Source of the DNA: an uncultured Gammaproteobacteria bacterium
GTDB taxonomy: Bacteria; Patescibacteriota; Microgenomatia; Levybacterales; UBA12049
Reading direction: 5' to 3'
Assembly (NCBI GenBank): GCA_964408485.1
Contig: CAYOZJ010000003.1
Location: 65,290 to 129,289, forward strand
Length of the DNA: 64,000 nucleotides
Below are positions 48,417 through 57,200 of the stretch, one piece after another. The position numbers and the translations under genes were made by a program. The notes under the pieces are model-generated. The model was not told the origin of the DNA and ran no database searches. It saw only the letters and a list, made by a program, of their open reading frames with translations. The first letter of the stretch is position 1; each line of letters begins with the position of its first letter.

Positions 48417-49612
48417 TATTCTTCTTATTTTTATTTTGTATTGTTCTTCCTTTGGGTGAAGTATCGCGAATCACCCTTGGTCTTAATGTGTCTTTCACAT
48501 TTGTTGATATTACTGTTTTGGTAGGAAGCATGATTTGGCTCATCAGGCATTTGTTGCAAAAATACTCTTTATCGCTTCAAGCAAAAGGATTCGTGTTTAT
48601 AACAGGAGTATTTGTGTTGTCTCTCCTTTGCAACCTGACAACGTTATCAGAATCTCAATTTTTAATAGCAGGGCTGTATATTCTTCGATTTGTATCTCTT
48701 ACAACACTTTTTTTTCTAATCAAGAATAGCTCGAAAAATATAAAGCAAAGCGTTTCACGATTTCTTCTTATTGGGGGGAGTATTTTGGTTGCGAGTGGAT
48801 ATATTCAGTATTTCTTCTACCCATCACTTCGCAATTTAATTTACTTTGGATGGGATGAGCATTTTTATCGTATGTTTGGGACCTTTTTTGATCCGAATTT
48901 TTTTGGACTTTTCTTGGTGCTCTTTTTCCTTTTTGTTTTGTCAAAATTATTTACTATTTCACCAGAGAAGAAAAAGTATCTGTTTGTTTTCTTTCTTGCA
49001 TTAAGCGTTGCAACATTTATTGGAATTTTTCTTTCCTACTCACGTACTGCACTTATTGCACTTTCTGTAGGTGTAATTATTCTTTTTTGGAATAAAAAAA
49101 TCTGGAAACTCTTTGCTATTTTATTTACTATTGCTGCGTTAAGTGGAATATTATTTTTTATATCTCGAAGCACCCGTTTGGGTATGAATACCTTAGAAAT
49201 GAATAGCCTTTTTCGGGCAACTTCAACAAGTGCAAGACTTGGTAGTGCAAGAGATGCGTTAATAATCTTTCAGGATAATCCACTTATTGGCGTAGGATTT
49301 AATGCGTATCGATATGCCATGTATCGACATCATTTTCAGCCTGGGACCAGTATTCAGGAAGATCACGGTGCATCAGGTGCAGACAGTAGCGTACTATTAG
49401 TACTGGCAACAAGTGGTATCGTTGGACTTGCTGCTTACGTACTTTTCCTAGGAGGTTTTTATTTTCCTTTACTCAGGAAAAGAAATAAGCTAGGGTTAGC
49501 AACACTCAGTGCGCTTTTTGTCGGAAGTTTTTTTGTAAATGGCCTTTTTTATCCATTCCTTCTTGTGTGGGTGTGGGGAGTATTAGGGACTACGACTGGT
49601 GATGAACAGTAA
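48404..49612 (+). CDS. O-antigen ligase/polymerase (Wzy_C) family protein
   Basis: RMFGTFFDPN, SYSR, SARL, PLIGVG. Confidence 0.85.
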   Translation: MVLLVFFLFLFCIVLPLGEVSRITLGLNVSFTFVDITVLVGSMIWLIRHLLQKYSLSLQAKGFVFITGVFVLSLLCNLTTLSESQFLIAGLYILRFVSLTTLFFLIKNSSKNIKQSVSRFLLIGGSILVASGYIQYFFYPSLRNLIYFGWDEHFYRMFGTFFDPNFFGLFLVLFFLFVLSKLFTISPEKKKYLFVFFLALSVATFIGIFLSYSRTALIALSVGVIILFWNKKIWKLFAILFTIAALSGILFFISRSTRLGMNTLEMNSLFRATSTSARLGSARDALIIFQDNPLIGVGFNAYRYAMYRHHFQPGTSIQEDHGASGADSSVLLVLATSGIVGLAAYVLFLGGFYFPLLRKRNKLGLATLSALFVGSFFVNGLFYPFLLVWVWGVLGTTTGDEQ

Positions 49613-50288
49613 GCTCTTGCTTAGTGGTATTACCAGCTGCGTCTGTTGCAACAACAGTTATATGCGTATCTCCATTCTGAAGGCTTAATGAGTAAGAGTA
49701 ATTACCATTAGAGTCGACTATTGCCCAGAAGTCATTCACTGTCACTCGTACATCTGGATCTGTTTTACCTTTTACGACAACACTTCCACCCAATGTATCG
49801 CCGTCGTGGGGATTATCAACAGTTAAGGACGGTGCTTTTTGAATATACACAATATTCCATGAGTCAGAATAATCACTAACCTTGTCTGTTGTCTTAGCTT
49901 TTGTTTGGATAGTGTTTTGTTGTTGGGTTAGATGGACGCCACTAAATGAAAATGTTCCATCTGATTTAGTGTCTTGAGAATCAACAAGGCTGCTATTTAC
50001 AAAAAGTTGAATTGTTTGCTTTACTCCTGCAGTGCCACTAACAGTAATTGTTGCGCTATTGGTTGCATTAAAGCTCTCATTCATTACCGGTGGGACAAGG
50101 ACAGATTTGGAATTTGCAACTTCATCTGCTGTCACGCCATTTTTGCTAGAAAGGAAAAGACTTAAATTGGTGAGTGCTGGGATACCAAATTTGAAGAGCA
50201 CAAAAATAATAGCAATAATGCCAACAATATATAAAATGAGCTGGCGTTTTGTTTTTCTTTCTGATGATCGTGAAAGTCGTGATTGCAT
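49590..50288 (-). CDS. Membrane-anchored protein with two bacterial Ig-like domains
   Basis: N-terminal TM; ITVSGTA, DGTFSF, GKTDP..VTVN, ATDAAGN. Confidence 0.8.
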   Translation of the reverse strand: MQSRLSRSSERKTKRQLILYIVGIIAIIFVLFKFGIPALTNLSLFLSSKNGVTADEVANSKSVLVPPVMNESFNATNSATITVSGTAGVKQTIQLFVNSSLVDSQDTKSDGTFSFSGVHLTQQQNTIQTKAKTTDKVSDYSDSWNIVYIQKAPSLTVDNPHDGDTLGGSVVVKGKTDPDVRVTVNDFWAIVDSNGNYSYSLSLQNGDTHITVVATDAAGNTTKQELTVHHQS

Positions 50289-50325
50289 AGTTTTATTGCA
50301 TAACCAGGCGCAGGATTGTGTCTAG

Positions 50326-50398
50326 AGCCGATGGTGAGGATCGAACTCACTACCTACGCTTTACGAAAGCGCCGCTCTGCCAATTGAGCTACATCGGC
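50326..50398 (-). tRNA. tRNA-Thr(CGT)
   Basis: Reverse complement GCCGATGTAGCTCAATTGGCAGAGCGGCGCTTTCGTAAAGCGTAGGTAGTGAGTTCGATCCTCACCATCGGCT folds as a cloverleaf. Confidence 0.93.
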
Positions 50399-50454
50399 AC
50401 TTTCTTATTATATAGTATTCTACTTTTAAGATCATGTCTAGATTTTTATCTTAC

Positions 50455-50509
50455 TCCCGATATGCATACCTATTCCATCTCCGAAGTGGATTAGGTTGAC
50501 ACATCGGGA
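50455..50509. repeat. Left flanking hairpin of the RAYT gene
   Basis: Long imperfect palindrome TCCCGATATG...TTCCATCTCCGAAGTGGA...CACATCGGGA. Confidence 0.8.
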
Positions 50510-50530
50510 ATTTGATGTTTAGCTAAAGTC

Positions 50531-51175
50531 ATGCCATATAGACAAACGGTTTTGGCAACTGGAGAGTTTTACCATATTTTTAATAGAGGTGTAGCAAGGA
50601 TGCCAACTTTTGTTACCTCTCGGGATTATAGTAGGTTTACTCAAGCACTCCAGTATTATATGAATGCGAATGCCAAACCAAAGTTCTCTGCTGCACACGA
50701 ACTATCTATTTTACATTCAGCAACAAAAAATTTAATTGATATTATTGCGTATTGTCTGATGCCAAATCATTTTCATCTATTGTTAAAACAAAAGACTGAG
50801 AATGGAATCTCTCAATATATGAAAAATATTAGCATAAGTTATACAAAATATTTCAACATTAAAAATGATAGAGTAGGTCCATTGTTTCAAGGTGCATTTA
50901 AGGCTGTTCGTATTGAAACAACTGAGCAGTTACTTCATGTGCATAGGTATATTCACATAAATCCAACAGTTGGTTTTGTAACGAAATCCTTAGAGGATTA
51001 TCCATGGTCGTCATTCCATGAGTATGCAAAGAGGAAAATTGGTTTTTGTGAGAAAGAGCTAATTCTAAGTAATTTTTCAAATCCTAAACAATATCGACAG
51101 TTTCTTTTGGATCAGGAAGATTATGGAAAACAACTTAAAGGTATACAGCATCTTCTCCTTGATCTAGAGAAATAA
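50531..51175 (+). mobile_element. REP-associated tyrosine transposase (RAYT / Y1 HUH TnpA-like)
   Basis: YHIFNRG, YCLMPNHFHLL (HUH), LFQGAF, RYIHINP (catalytic Tyr), YPWSS. Confidence 0.9.
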
Positions 51176-51211
51176 TTCCGATGTGCGAAGCTGTTCCATC
51201 TCCGAAGTGGA
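51176..51211. repeat. Right flanking repeat of the RAYT gene
   Basis: TTCCGATGTG plus TTCCATCTCCGAAGTGGA, identical to 50473-50490. Confidence 0.8.
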
Positions 51212-51324
51212 AGAAAGCATAGTAAGTATCCAGAATCTTAATATTTAATTATTTCACTCACAATTTTCAGGATTATATAAGTTCCCCATTGACAACATTT
51301 CATAAATATTTATATGCTGGATAT

Positions 51325-53823
51325 ATGAGTGTAGGAGGACCAGGAAGAGGAGCAGGACCAGAGGCAGCAGGAGCTCCAGTACATGAAATACAAAAAAAAC
51401 CAAAGAGGACTTTTGGTGAAAATGTAGCACAAGGTATTGCAAGATTTGCAAAGCTTCATACTGTTCACAGAATAGGGGAAGTTGCTGGTAGGAATCTTCG
51501 TGGTGTAGCATCCAATGGACAAGAAAGAAACATAGAGGATGCATTACTTGTCTCTCCGAGACTTAATACGATGTGGAGAAATTTTCAAGAAAGATTTGGA
51601 GTTGGAGCAGCAAGACTCGGTGGTGTAGATATTGTTTATAAAGGACAAGGCCAGGAAGCATTTAAAGTTGATTATACGACCCCTGATGTGTTGCCTAAAA
51701 ATGCAACACCAGAGCAACAGCAAGATCATAGAATGCGTTCTGTCTTTAGGGATGTTGCTATGGCTGCAGATAGAGTAGGTGCAGCGGAGATAGCAGCAAT
51801 GATGCCAGACGAAGAACAGAGAACAAGAGGGCACGAGAGGCAGGAACATAGGATAGAAAGAGAGCATCCTGATCTTTGGGTTGGTCAGGATAGAAATGGG
51901 TACGTAATGGAAGTTTTGCGCTATGATTCTGATAAAGCAAGCGATCATGTAAGGCTTAACCCCAACACTGGGCAACCTGAATTTTTTGTTAGCGGTCAGG
52001 TTGAAGATAAGGTTGATCCTACGGTAACACGTGTTTCTATAGCAAAGTATAGATATGTTCCAGGTGTTTATGATGCAACGACTGGCCGTTGGACAGATAG
52101 ACTTGTTAGGTTTGGAGATGAAAATACTCCTGAAAATGATTTATTAAATAGAGATGCCTCTCGTGGGCAATTAAATGTTTCTTCAGAGCAGCATATGCGA
52201 TTTGTAAACTCCATGGCTTCTCGGCTTGCATCTGATTCTACAGACATAGCAGCTCTTCAGGCAGCGTATGGAATTTCGGGAAATGTAGCGACGTATATAG
52301 AGGCAGTACAAGGTGGGGGTGACGCAACGCTTCGAGGTCAATCTGATGAGCAAGTAAGACAAAGGATGCAGCAGCGAATTTCTAATGAAAGAGCAGAGAA
52401 TCTTAATGATTTTGATGAATCAGGTCATAAAGTTGTACTTTTAAGAGGATTAGGATCTGTAGAGTCGGGTAGAATGCAGGAACAAGATGCATTACGAATT
52501 AATGGTATTGACTTGCCTAGAAATACAATGACAACGCATAGAGAAACGATTGAAGGTAGAGAATATGCTGTTGCTCAAGAAGATAAGCAGCTTAGTCCGC
52601 GAACAGCCCAATTACTCAGAGAACTTCCAACAGAATATGCGAGGCAAAAGTATATGGCAGAATTTGGAGAAGAACTCGATCCAGAATCCGGTGAACAGCT
52701 AACAAGAGTAAGAATAGTAGAGACAAGATTTCCAGATGGATCCGCAGAAGCAGAACAAGATGGTAATTTGCATGCACGGCTGAATACAGAAAATGAATTA
52801 AATAGAGAGCACGAGCGTGCAATTATTAGAGGAAGTTTTGATGAAGTACCATCGAGTGCTCTAAAAGATCCTGCAGTGAACTTACTTTTCCTTGCTCCTC
52901 ATAATGCAGATGGTCGAATTCCTGGTACACTTAATAGTCTAAGACAAGCAGACGCGGCAATTAGGGGAATTGAAGAAAGAATTGCAAATAGGCCAACAGG
53001 TCAAAATAGTCCAACAGAATTCGCGTATGCGATGCAGTTATATGAATCAATTCTTTTGGATGGCGCAGAAGGAACAAGTGTTAACAGGAGTGCATTAGAA
53101 GGTTTTGTTATGCGTCAGGGTCATATGAGAGATGCTGGAGAAGTTTTGGCATATGTTAGAGAAAGACAATTAGATCAAGATGGAGAAGAAAGACTATCTG
53201 ATGTAGCAACGGACTTGATACAACAATTGAGTGGTGTTAGGAGCATTAGACCGGAGGATGTACAAATTGATGTAGCAAGAAGACTTGTTGATATTGTTGC
53301 AGAGAGCGGCGATTTGGATTTAAAAGCTCAATTAGATCAATTATACAGTACAGCGGATTTAAATGGCATTGATAGAGATTTGGTAAGAAGACTGAATGAA
53401 GCTTTTCCTCCAGTTATTAATAATCCTTTGGAATTTGCCCCTAGGTATGCTGCAGCTCTTGGGAATCCAGAGTTGGCGAGTCAACTGCTTAATGAATTTG
53501 GACCTGGTCTTCCGGAACAAATGAGAGCAGCTTTGCAGGAAGCAACACGTGCTAATCCAACAACAGATGAGATTGCAGCAGTAAGAACAGTTCAGGATGC
53601 AGCTAATTTACATGCACGTTATGAGCATATGACTGAGTCAGCAGCAATGTTGGTTGATTCTCGTCCTGCTACGGTTACACCGGCCGAGAGTTTCCAGAGA
53701 GCAGTTGAACCTTTACAGTCTATATTACCATCATTAACTCAAATGGCAGCAATGATAACAGCATTAACCAGTCAGCAAGCGAATAATGGGAATAATGGAA
53801 ATGGCTCAACAAACACTCCTTAG
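51325..53823 (+). CDS. Large orphan hypothetical protein (~832 aa)
   Basis: Long uninterrupted ORF, E/R/Q/A-rich, no TM; TTGACA and a -10-like box upstream. Confidence 0.8.
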   Translation: MSVGGPGRGAGPEAAGAPVHEIQKKPKRTFGENVAQGIARFAKLHTVHRIGEVAGRNLRGVASNGQERNIEDALLVSPRLNTMWRNFQERFGVGAARLGGVDIVYKGQGQEAFKVDYTTPDVLPKNATPEQQQDHRMRSVFRDVAMAADRVGAAEIAAMMPDEEQRTRGHERQEHRIEREHPDLWVGQDRNGYVMEVLRYDSDKASDHVRLNPNTGQPEFFVSGQVEDKVDPTVTRVSIAKYRYVPGVYDATTGRWTDRLVRFGDENTPENDLLNRDASRGQLNVSSEQHMRFVNSMASRLASDSTDIAALQAAYGISGNVATYIEAVQGGGDATLRGQSDEQVRQRMQQRISNERAENLNDFDESGHKVVLLRGLGSVESGRMQEQDALRINGIDLPRNTMTTHRETIEGREYAVAQEDKQLSPRTAQLLRELPTEYARQKYMAEFGEELDPESGEQLTRVRIVETRFPDGSAEAEQDGNLHARLNTENELNREHERAIIRGSFDEVPSSALKDPAVNLLFLAPHNADGRIPGTLNSLRQADAAIRGIEERIANRPTGQNSPTEFAYAMQLYESILLDGAEGTSVNRSALEGFVMRQGHMRDAGEVLAYVRERQLDQDGEERLSDVATDLIQQLSGVRSIRPEDVQIDVARRLVDIVAESGDLDLKAQLDQLYSTADLNGIDRDLVRRLNEAFPPVINNPLEFAPRYAAALGNPELASQLLNEFGPGLPEQMRAALQEATRANPTTDEIAAVRTVQDAANLHARYEHMTESAAMLVDSRPATVTPAESFQRAVEPLQSILPSLTQMAAMITALTSQQANNGNNGNGSTNTP

Positions 53824-53868
53824 GAAATAGCCTTATCTTCATTTAAGGCAATTTAGTATAATTGTACA

Positions 53869-54987
53869 ATGCAAAATCTTTGGCAGACACTTCCTAAGCC
53901 TATTTTTTCTTTGGCTCCGATGGAGGATGTAACAGATACTGTCCTTCGCCAAATCTTTTGTATTACTGGTAAGCCAGATGTTTTCTTTACAGAGTTTACT
54001 AATGTCGATGGAATACAGTCTCAGGGTCACGACGTTGTTGCAAGGCGCCTTCAATTTACTAATACCGAACATCCAATCGTTGCACAGATTTGGGGTATGA
54101 TTCCGGAGAATTTTTATAAGACAGCAAAAGACTTAGTAGAAAGAGGATTTGATGGAATAGATATAAATATGGGGTGTCCCCAGCATGATGTAACAAGTCA
54201 TGGTGCATGTAGTGCGCTTATTAAAAATCCTTCCCTTGCTCAGGAAATAATCCAGGCCACAAAAGAGGGAGCCCATTCGACAAGTTCAGAACAAACACAA
54301 AACTTACCCGTTAGTGTTAAGACAAGAATTGGATTTAAAACAATTGCAACAGATGAATGGATAGGATTTTTACTCGGGCAAAAATTGAGTCTTATTACTG
54401 TTCATGGTCGTACAGCGGCAGAAATGTCTAAAGTTCCGGCTCATTGGGATGAAATTGGCAATGCTGTAAGGTTGAGAGATGAATTTGAAAAGAAAAACGC
54501 CCTCACCCTTGACCCTCCCGCGCTTGTCAAGCAAGCAGCCTCCCTCACTTCGTTCAGTCCGGCCCCAGAGGGCGAGGGAAAACATGGTAGTGCTTTGCAC
54601 ACACTAATAATGGGCAATGGAGATGTGCAAAGCTTAGAGGAAGCAAAAGAAAAAATTGCCACATATCATGTTGATGGCGTTATGATAGGTCGTGGAATAT
54701 TCCATAACCCATGGATTTTTGCAGGAATTGATCCCAAGACCAAATCGCTTCAGGAAAGACTTGAATTACTTAAGACTCATGTTGCGCTGTATCAAAAAAC
54801 ATGGGGAGCACAAAAATCATTCCAGATCTTAAAGAAATATTTTAAAGTGTACCTATCAGACTTTGATGGAGCAAATGAAATGAGGCAGCAATTTATGAAT
54901 ACTAACTCTTATGAGGAAGCTCTTTCCCTTGCTGACAAGTTCCTTTTGTCATCCCGGACTGCGCTGCTTCGGGGAAGCAAGTACTGA
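53869..54987 (+). CDS. dus: tRNA-dihydrouridine synthase with in-frame palindromic insertions
   Basis: LAPMEDVTD, FTEF, DINMGCP, SVKTRIG, TVHGR, GNGDV, DGVMIGRG. Confidence 0.95.
   Translation: MQNLWQTLPKPIFSLAPMEDVTDTVLRQIFCITGKPDVFFTEFTNVDGIQSQGHDVVARRLQFTNTEHPIVAQIWGMIPENFYKTAKDLVERGFDGIDINMGCPQHDVTSHGACSALIKNPSLAQEIIQATKEGAHSTSSEQTQNLPVSVKTRIGFKTIATDEWIGFLLGQKLSLITVHGRTAAEMSKVPAHWDEIGNAVRLRDEFEKKNALTLDPPALVKQAASLTSFSPAPEGEGKHGSALHTLIMGNGDVQSLEEAKEKIATYHVDGVMIGRGIFHNPWIFAGIDPKTKSLQERLELLKTHVALYQKTWGAQKSFQILKKYFKVYLSDFDGANEMRQQFMNTNSYEEALSLADKFLLSSRTALLRGSKY
54500..54578. repeat. Intragenic CCCTC...GAGGG palindrome with a nested hairpin cassette
   Basis: CCCTCACCCTTGACCCTCC-[GCGCTTGTCAAGCAAGCAGCCTCCCTCACTTCGTTCAGTCCGG]-CCCAGAGGGCGAGGG. 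Confidence 0.8.
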
Positions 54988-55107
54988 GTCGAGTGATCCG
55001 GGATCAAGGAATTAGATTCTTCACTTCGTTCAGAATGACGAGAAGACTGGATTTCCCCCAAGGGGATTAGCTTCGCCGAAGCGGTCCCGCCCTGCGCGGG
55101 AATGACT
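54947..55107. repeat. Cluster of three YGTC-tagged REP units, two carrying nested cassettes
   Basis: TGTCATCCCGGA-[35 nt]-TCCGGGATC; AGATTCTTCACTTCGTTCAGAATGACG; GGAT-[insert]-TCCCGCCCTGCGCGGGAATGAC. Confidence 0.85.
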
Positions 55108-55191
55108 GTTTGTTTTTATTCTGTTACTCTAGCACTCAGATGAATGCTGTGCCAATTTGGACGTTCGTGTTTTATTTGATATACTAATTGT

Positions 55192-55608
55192 ATGAAACAA
55201 GGTGTTGCTGTTGGTGCATTTATTCAAAATAGTAAAAAAGAATTTTTAGTTGTTAAGCGGTCTGACTCAGATGAGTACATGGCAGGTAAATGGGAATTAC
55301 CGGGAGGCGGTATCGAAGACGAAGAGCCTCAGGAGGGACTGACGAGAGAAGTAAAAGAAGAAACAGGTCTTGATATTCTGGCTCTGAAGCCACTTTCGGT
55401 TGATGCGTATATCTATGACAAAGGACTCGAGCCAATTCAAAGAATTGAAATTACCTTTTTATGTTCAATCAAGGCTACAGAGAAAATACATTTAAGTCCC
55501 GAACACTCTGCGTACCAGTGGATTACGCCTGATGGAGTGAATGAATTTGATTTTTCTGACTATATGCTAAATGTCATTAAAAAGTCTTTAGAAGCTCTTG
55601 AGCAATAA
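55192..55608 (+). CDS. NUDIX hydrolase
   Basis: WELPGG...REVKEETGL Nudix box, LSPEH. Confidence 0.93.
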   Translation: MKQGVAVGAFIQNSKKEFLVVKRSDSDEYMAGKWELPGGGIEDEEPQEGLTREVKEETGLDILALKPLSVDAYIYDKGLEPIQRIEITFLCSIKATEKIHLSPEHSAYQWITPDGVNEFDFSDYMLNVIKKSLEALEQ

Positions 55609-55671
55609 ATTTGTTCAGAGAAATAGTCTAGCAATCGCAGTCCATGAAATTACCGTCCTGGCCTGTCGGCA

Positions 55672-55893
55672 CTAAAGTGCGCAGGCAAGCTCCTTCACTT
55701 CGTTTGTCCGCTCCTTTCTCCCGCCAAGGTGCATTTTCAAAAATAGTTGTCTTATCCAGTCAAAAGTAATGCGAAATTCTGGTTCGGTGCTTTTACTGCG
55801 CTCTAATTTAGGCAAAAGAGAAGTCTCCCATCCGTTTCCTGAAAAAGAGGGAGTAAAGCTAACAACTGTGTTTTTTAAATTTATTTCTTCCAT
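55672..55893 (-). CDS. Possible small protein downstream of lexA; C-terminus derived from repeat DNA
   Basis: ATG 55893 MEEINLK...; co-oriented with lexA; no recognised motif. Confidence 0.35.
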   Translation of the reverse strand: MEEINLKNTVVSFTPSFSGNGWETSLLPKLERSKSTEPEFRITFDWIRQLFLKMHLGGRKERTNEVKELACAL

Positions 55894-55899
55894 ATATTT

Positions 55900-55958
55900 T
55901 GTCATTCTGGCTTGTCCAGAATCTAGATCCTGGATGCGCTACGCTTACCAGGATGACG
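55900..55958. repeat. YGTC-tagged REP doublet
   Basis: TGTCATTCTGGCTTGTCCAGAATCTAGATCCTGGATGC...TTACCAGGATGACG; first 38 bp identical to 63399. Confidence 0.9.
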
Positions 55959-55964
55959 GTTAAA

Positions 55965-56531
55965 TTAATGATACTTTCTTATGACACTTACGACTACTCC
56001 ACCAATTTCCAAGGACTCACGGGGCTTGATAACAGGGTAATTTTTATTGGCAGGGACAAGCGTTACGTCGCCATATTTTTCTTGAAAGTATTTTACTGTC
56101 CACTCGCCATCTACTTGCGCTGCAACAACGTCTCCATTTCTTGGCTCACGCTCTCTTTCTATAATAACAATATCCCCTTCATGAATCCCCTCATCTATCA
56201 TAGAATCCCCCTTAACCGTTAAGGAGAAAACTGTGCCTGTTCTATTTAATAGATAGTCATAGACGTCTATTGCGTCTCGCTGCATATCTGCGACTGTTGG
56301 ATAGCCTGCTTTAATAATGCCTAAGTTGGGTATAGTAAAAAGGTTTTTAGGTACTAATTTACCATTTTCATCTTTATCCAAAACACCTATCTCGCAAAGC
56401 TTTTTTACCAAATGTTGGCTAGATGCTTTTGTTGAATAGTGAAACAAAAAAGCTATTTCCTGATAGCTCGGCATCCTTTTGTGTTGGACGAAGAATTTTC
56501 TAATTGTTTCTATAGCCTTTGTGAGATCCAT
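55965..56531 (-). CDS. lexA: LexA-family repressor (wHTH plus S24 peptidase)
   Basis: MPSYQEI helix, KAG cleavage site, VKGDSM serine, TVK lysine. Confidence 0.88.
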   Translation of the reverse strand: MDLTKAIETIRKFFVQHKRMPSYQEIAFLFHYSTKASSQHLVKKLCEIGVLDKDENGKLVPKNLFTIPNLGIIKAGYPTVADMQRDAIDVYDYLLNRTGTVFSLTVKGDSMIDEGIHEGDIVIIEREREPRNGDVVAAQVDGEWTVKYFQEKYGDVTLVPANKNYPVIKPRESLEIGGVVVSVIRKYH

Positions 56532-56541
56532 ACTATGTATT

Positions 56542-56570
56542 ACAATAGTACGATCGTACTAACCAGTCAA
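56542..56570 (-). promoter_or_regulatory. lexA promoter overlapped by a perfect 16-bp palindrome (candidate SOS box)
   Basis: TTGACT-17 nt-TATTGT on the minus strand; TAGTACGATCGTACTA at 56546-56561. Confidence 0.8.
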
Positions 56571-56574
56571 GAGA

Positions 56575-56937
56575 TCAGAAGGTATCAAAACGTCGTCTAC
56601 GAGGACGAAGAGTTCGCTCAGGTTGTTTTTGGCCTCTGTCATAATGTTGTCTCAGTGTTTTAGAATCATTTGAATTGCCTATCATTTCTCCAACATGATG
56701 TTGAGTTAATTCGTCTGCACCCCTAAGGACAACAGAATCAAGTAAGGGAAATGGTCTTGACAAGACAGACTCTTTTGTTGCTTCATCGGGTCGTTGTATG
56801 TTCTCTGCAATAGAAGCACCTGGCATGCCTCGGGGTGAGGGTTCTAGGATGAGCGCGGTTTCATCTGGGGAAAAATCGTCAAGTGTTTTTCTCTGAACCA
56901 CTTTCCCAGCGCGCAATGTTACTTCTTCTTCAACCAT
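56575..56937 (-). CDS. Hypothetical protein
   Basis: 120-aa ORF; GATATAAT -10 box shortly upstream on the minus strand. Confidence 0.55.
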   Translation of the reverse strand: MVEEEVTLRAGKVVQRKTLDDFSPDETALILEPSPRGMPGASIAENIQRPDEATKESVLSRPFPLLDSVVLRGADELTQHHVGEMIGNSNDSKTLRQHYDRGQKQPERTLRPRRRRFDTF

Positions 56938-56990
56938 GGGATCAATTATATCCCATAGAAATGTATTTTAAAATATGGTAAAATTTTCCT

Positions 56991-57200
56991 ATGGCAGGAA
57001 GAGCAGATAGATCCCAGTGGTGCGGCAATGCAGTATGCCCATTTCCCGATAGAGGACCATGTGCACTTCGTAATGTAATGCAGCACCCAACACAAGGAGG
57101 ACCGGATGAAAGGCAAAGTTTGAGGCGTATGTTGGGTCCTAAATGTAAAATAATTGATGAGGTGGACAGAGATTTTCCACAGTTTAAACCAACTCAATAA
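56991..57200 (+). CDS. Small Cys-containing hypothetical protein
   Basis: TGGTAAAAT 6 nt before ATG; C-x4-C-x7-C...C. Confidence 0.5.
   Translation: MAGRADRSQWCGNAVCPFPDRGPCALRNVMQHPTQGGPDERQSLRRMLGPKCKIIDEVDRDFPQFKPTQ

Noticed and set aside
23450-50398. Single integrated element or prophage spanning tRNA-Val to tRNA-Thr
   Set aside because: No integrase or phage genes, and no tRNA-Val repeat at the far end; the tRNA repeats are confined to 23.5-24.4 kb
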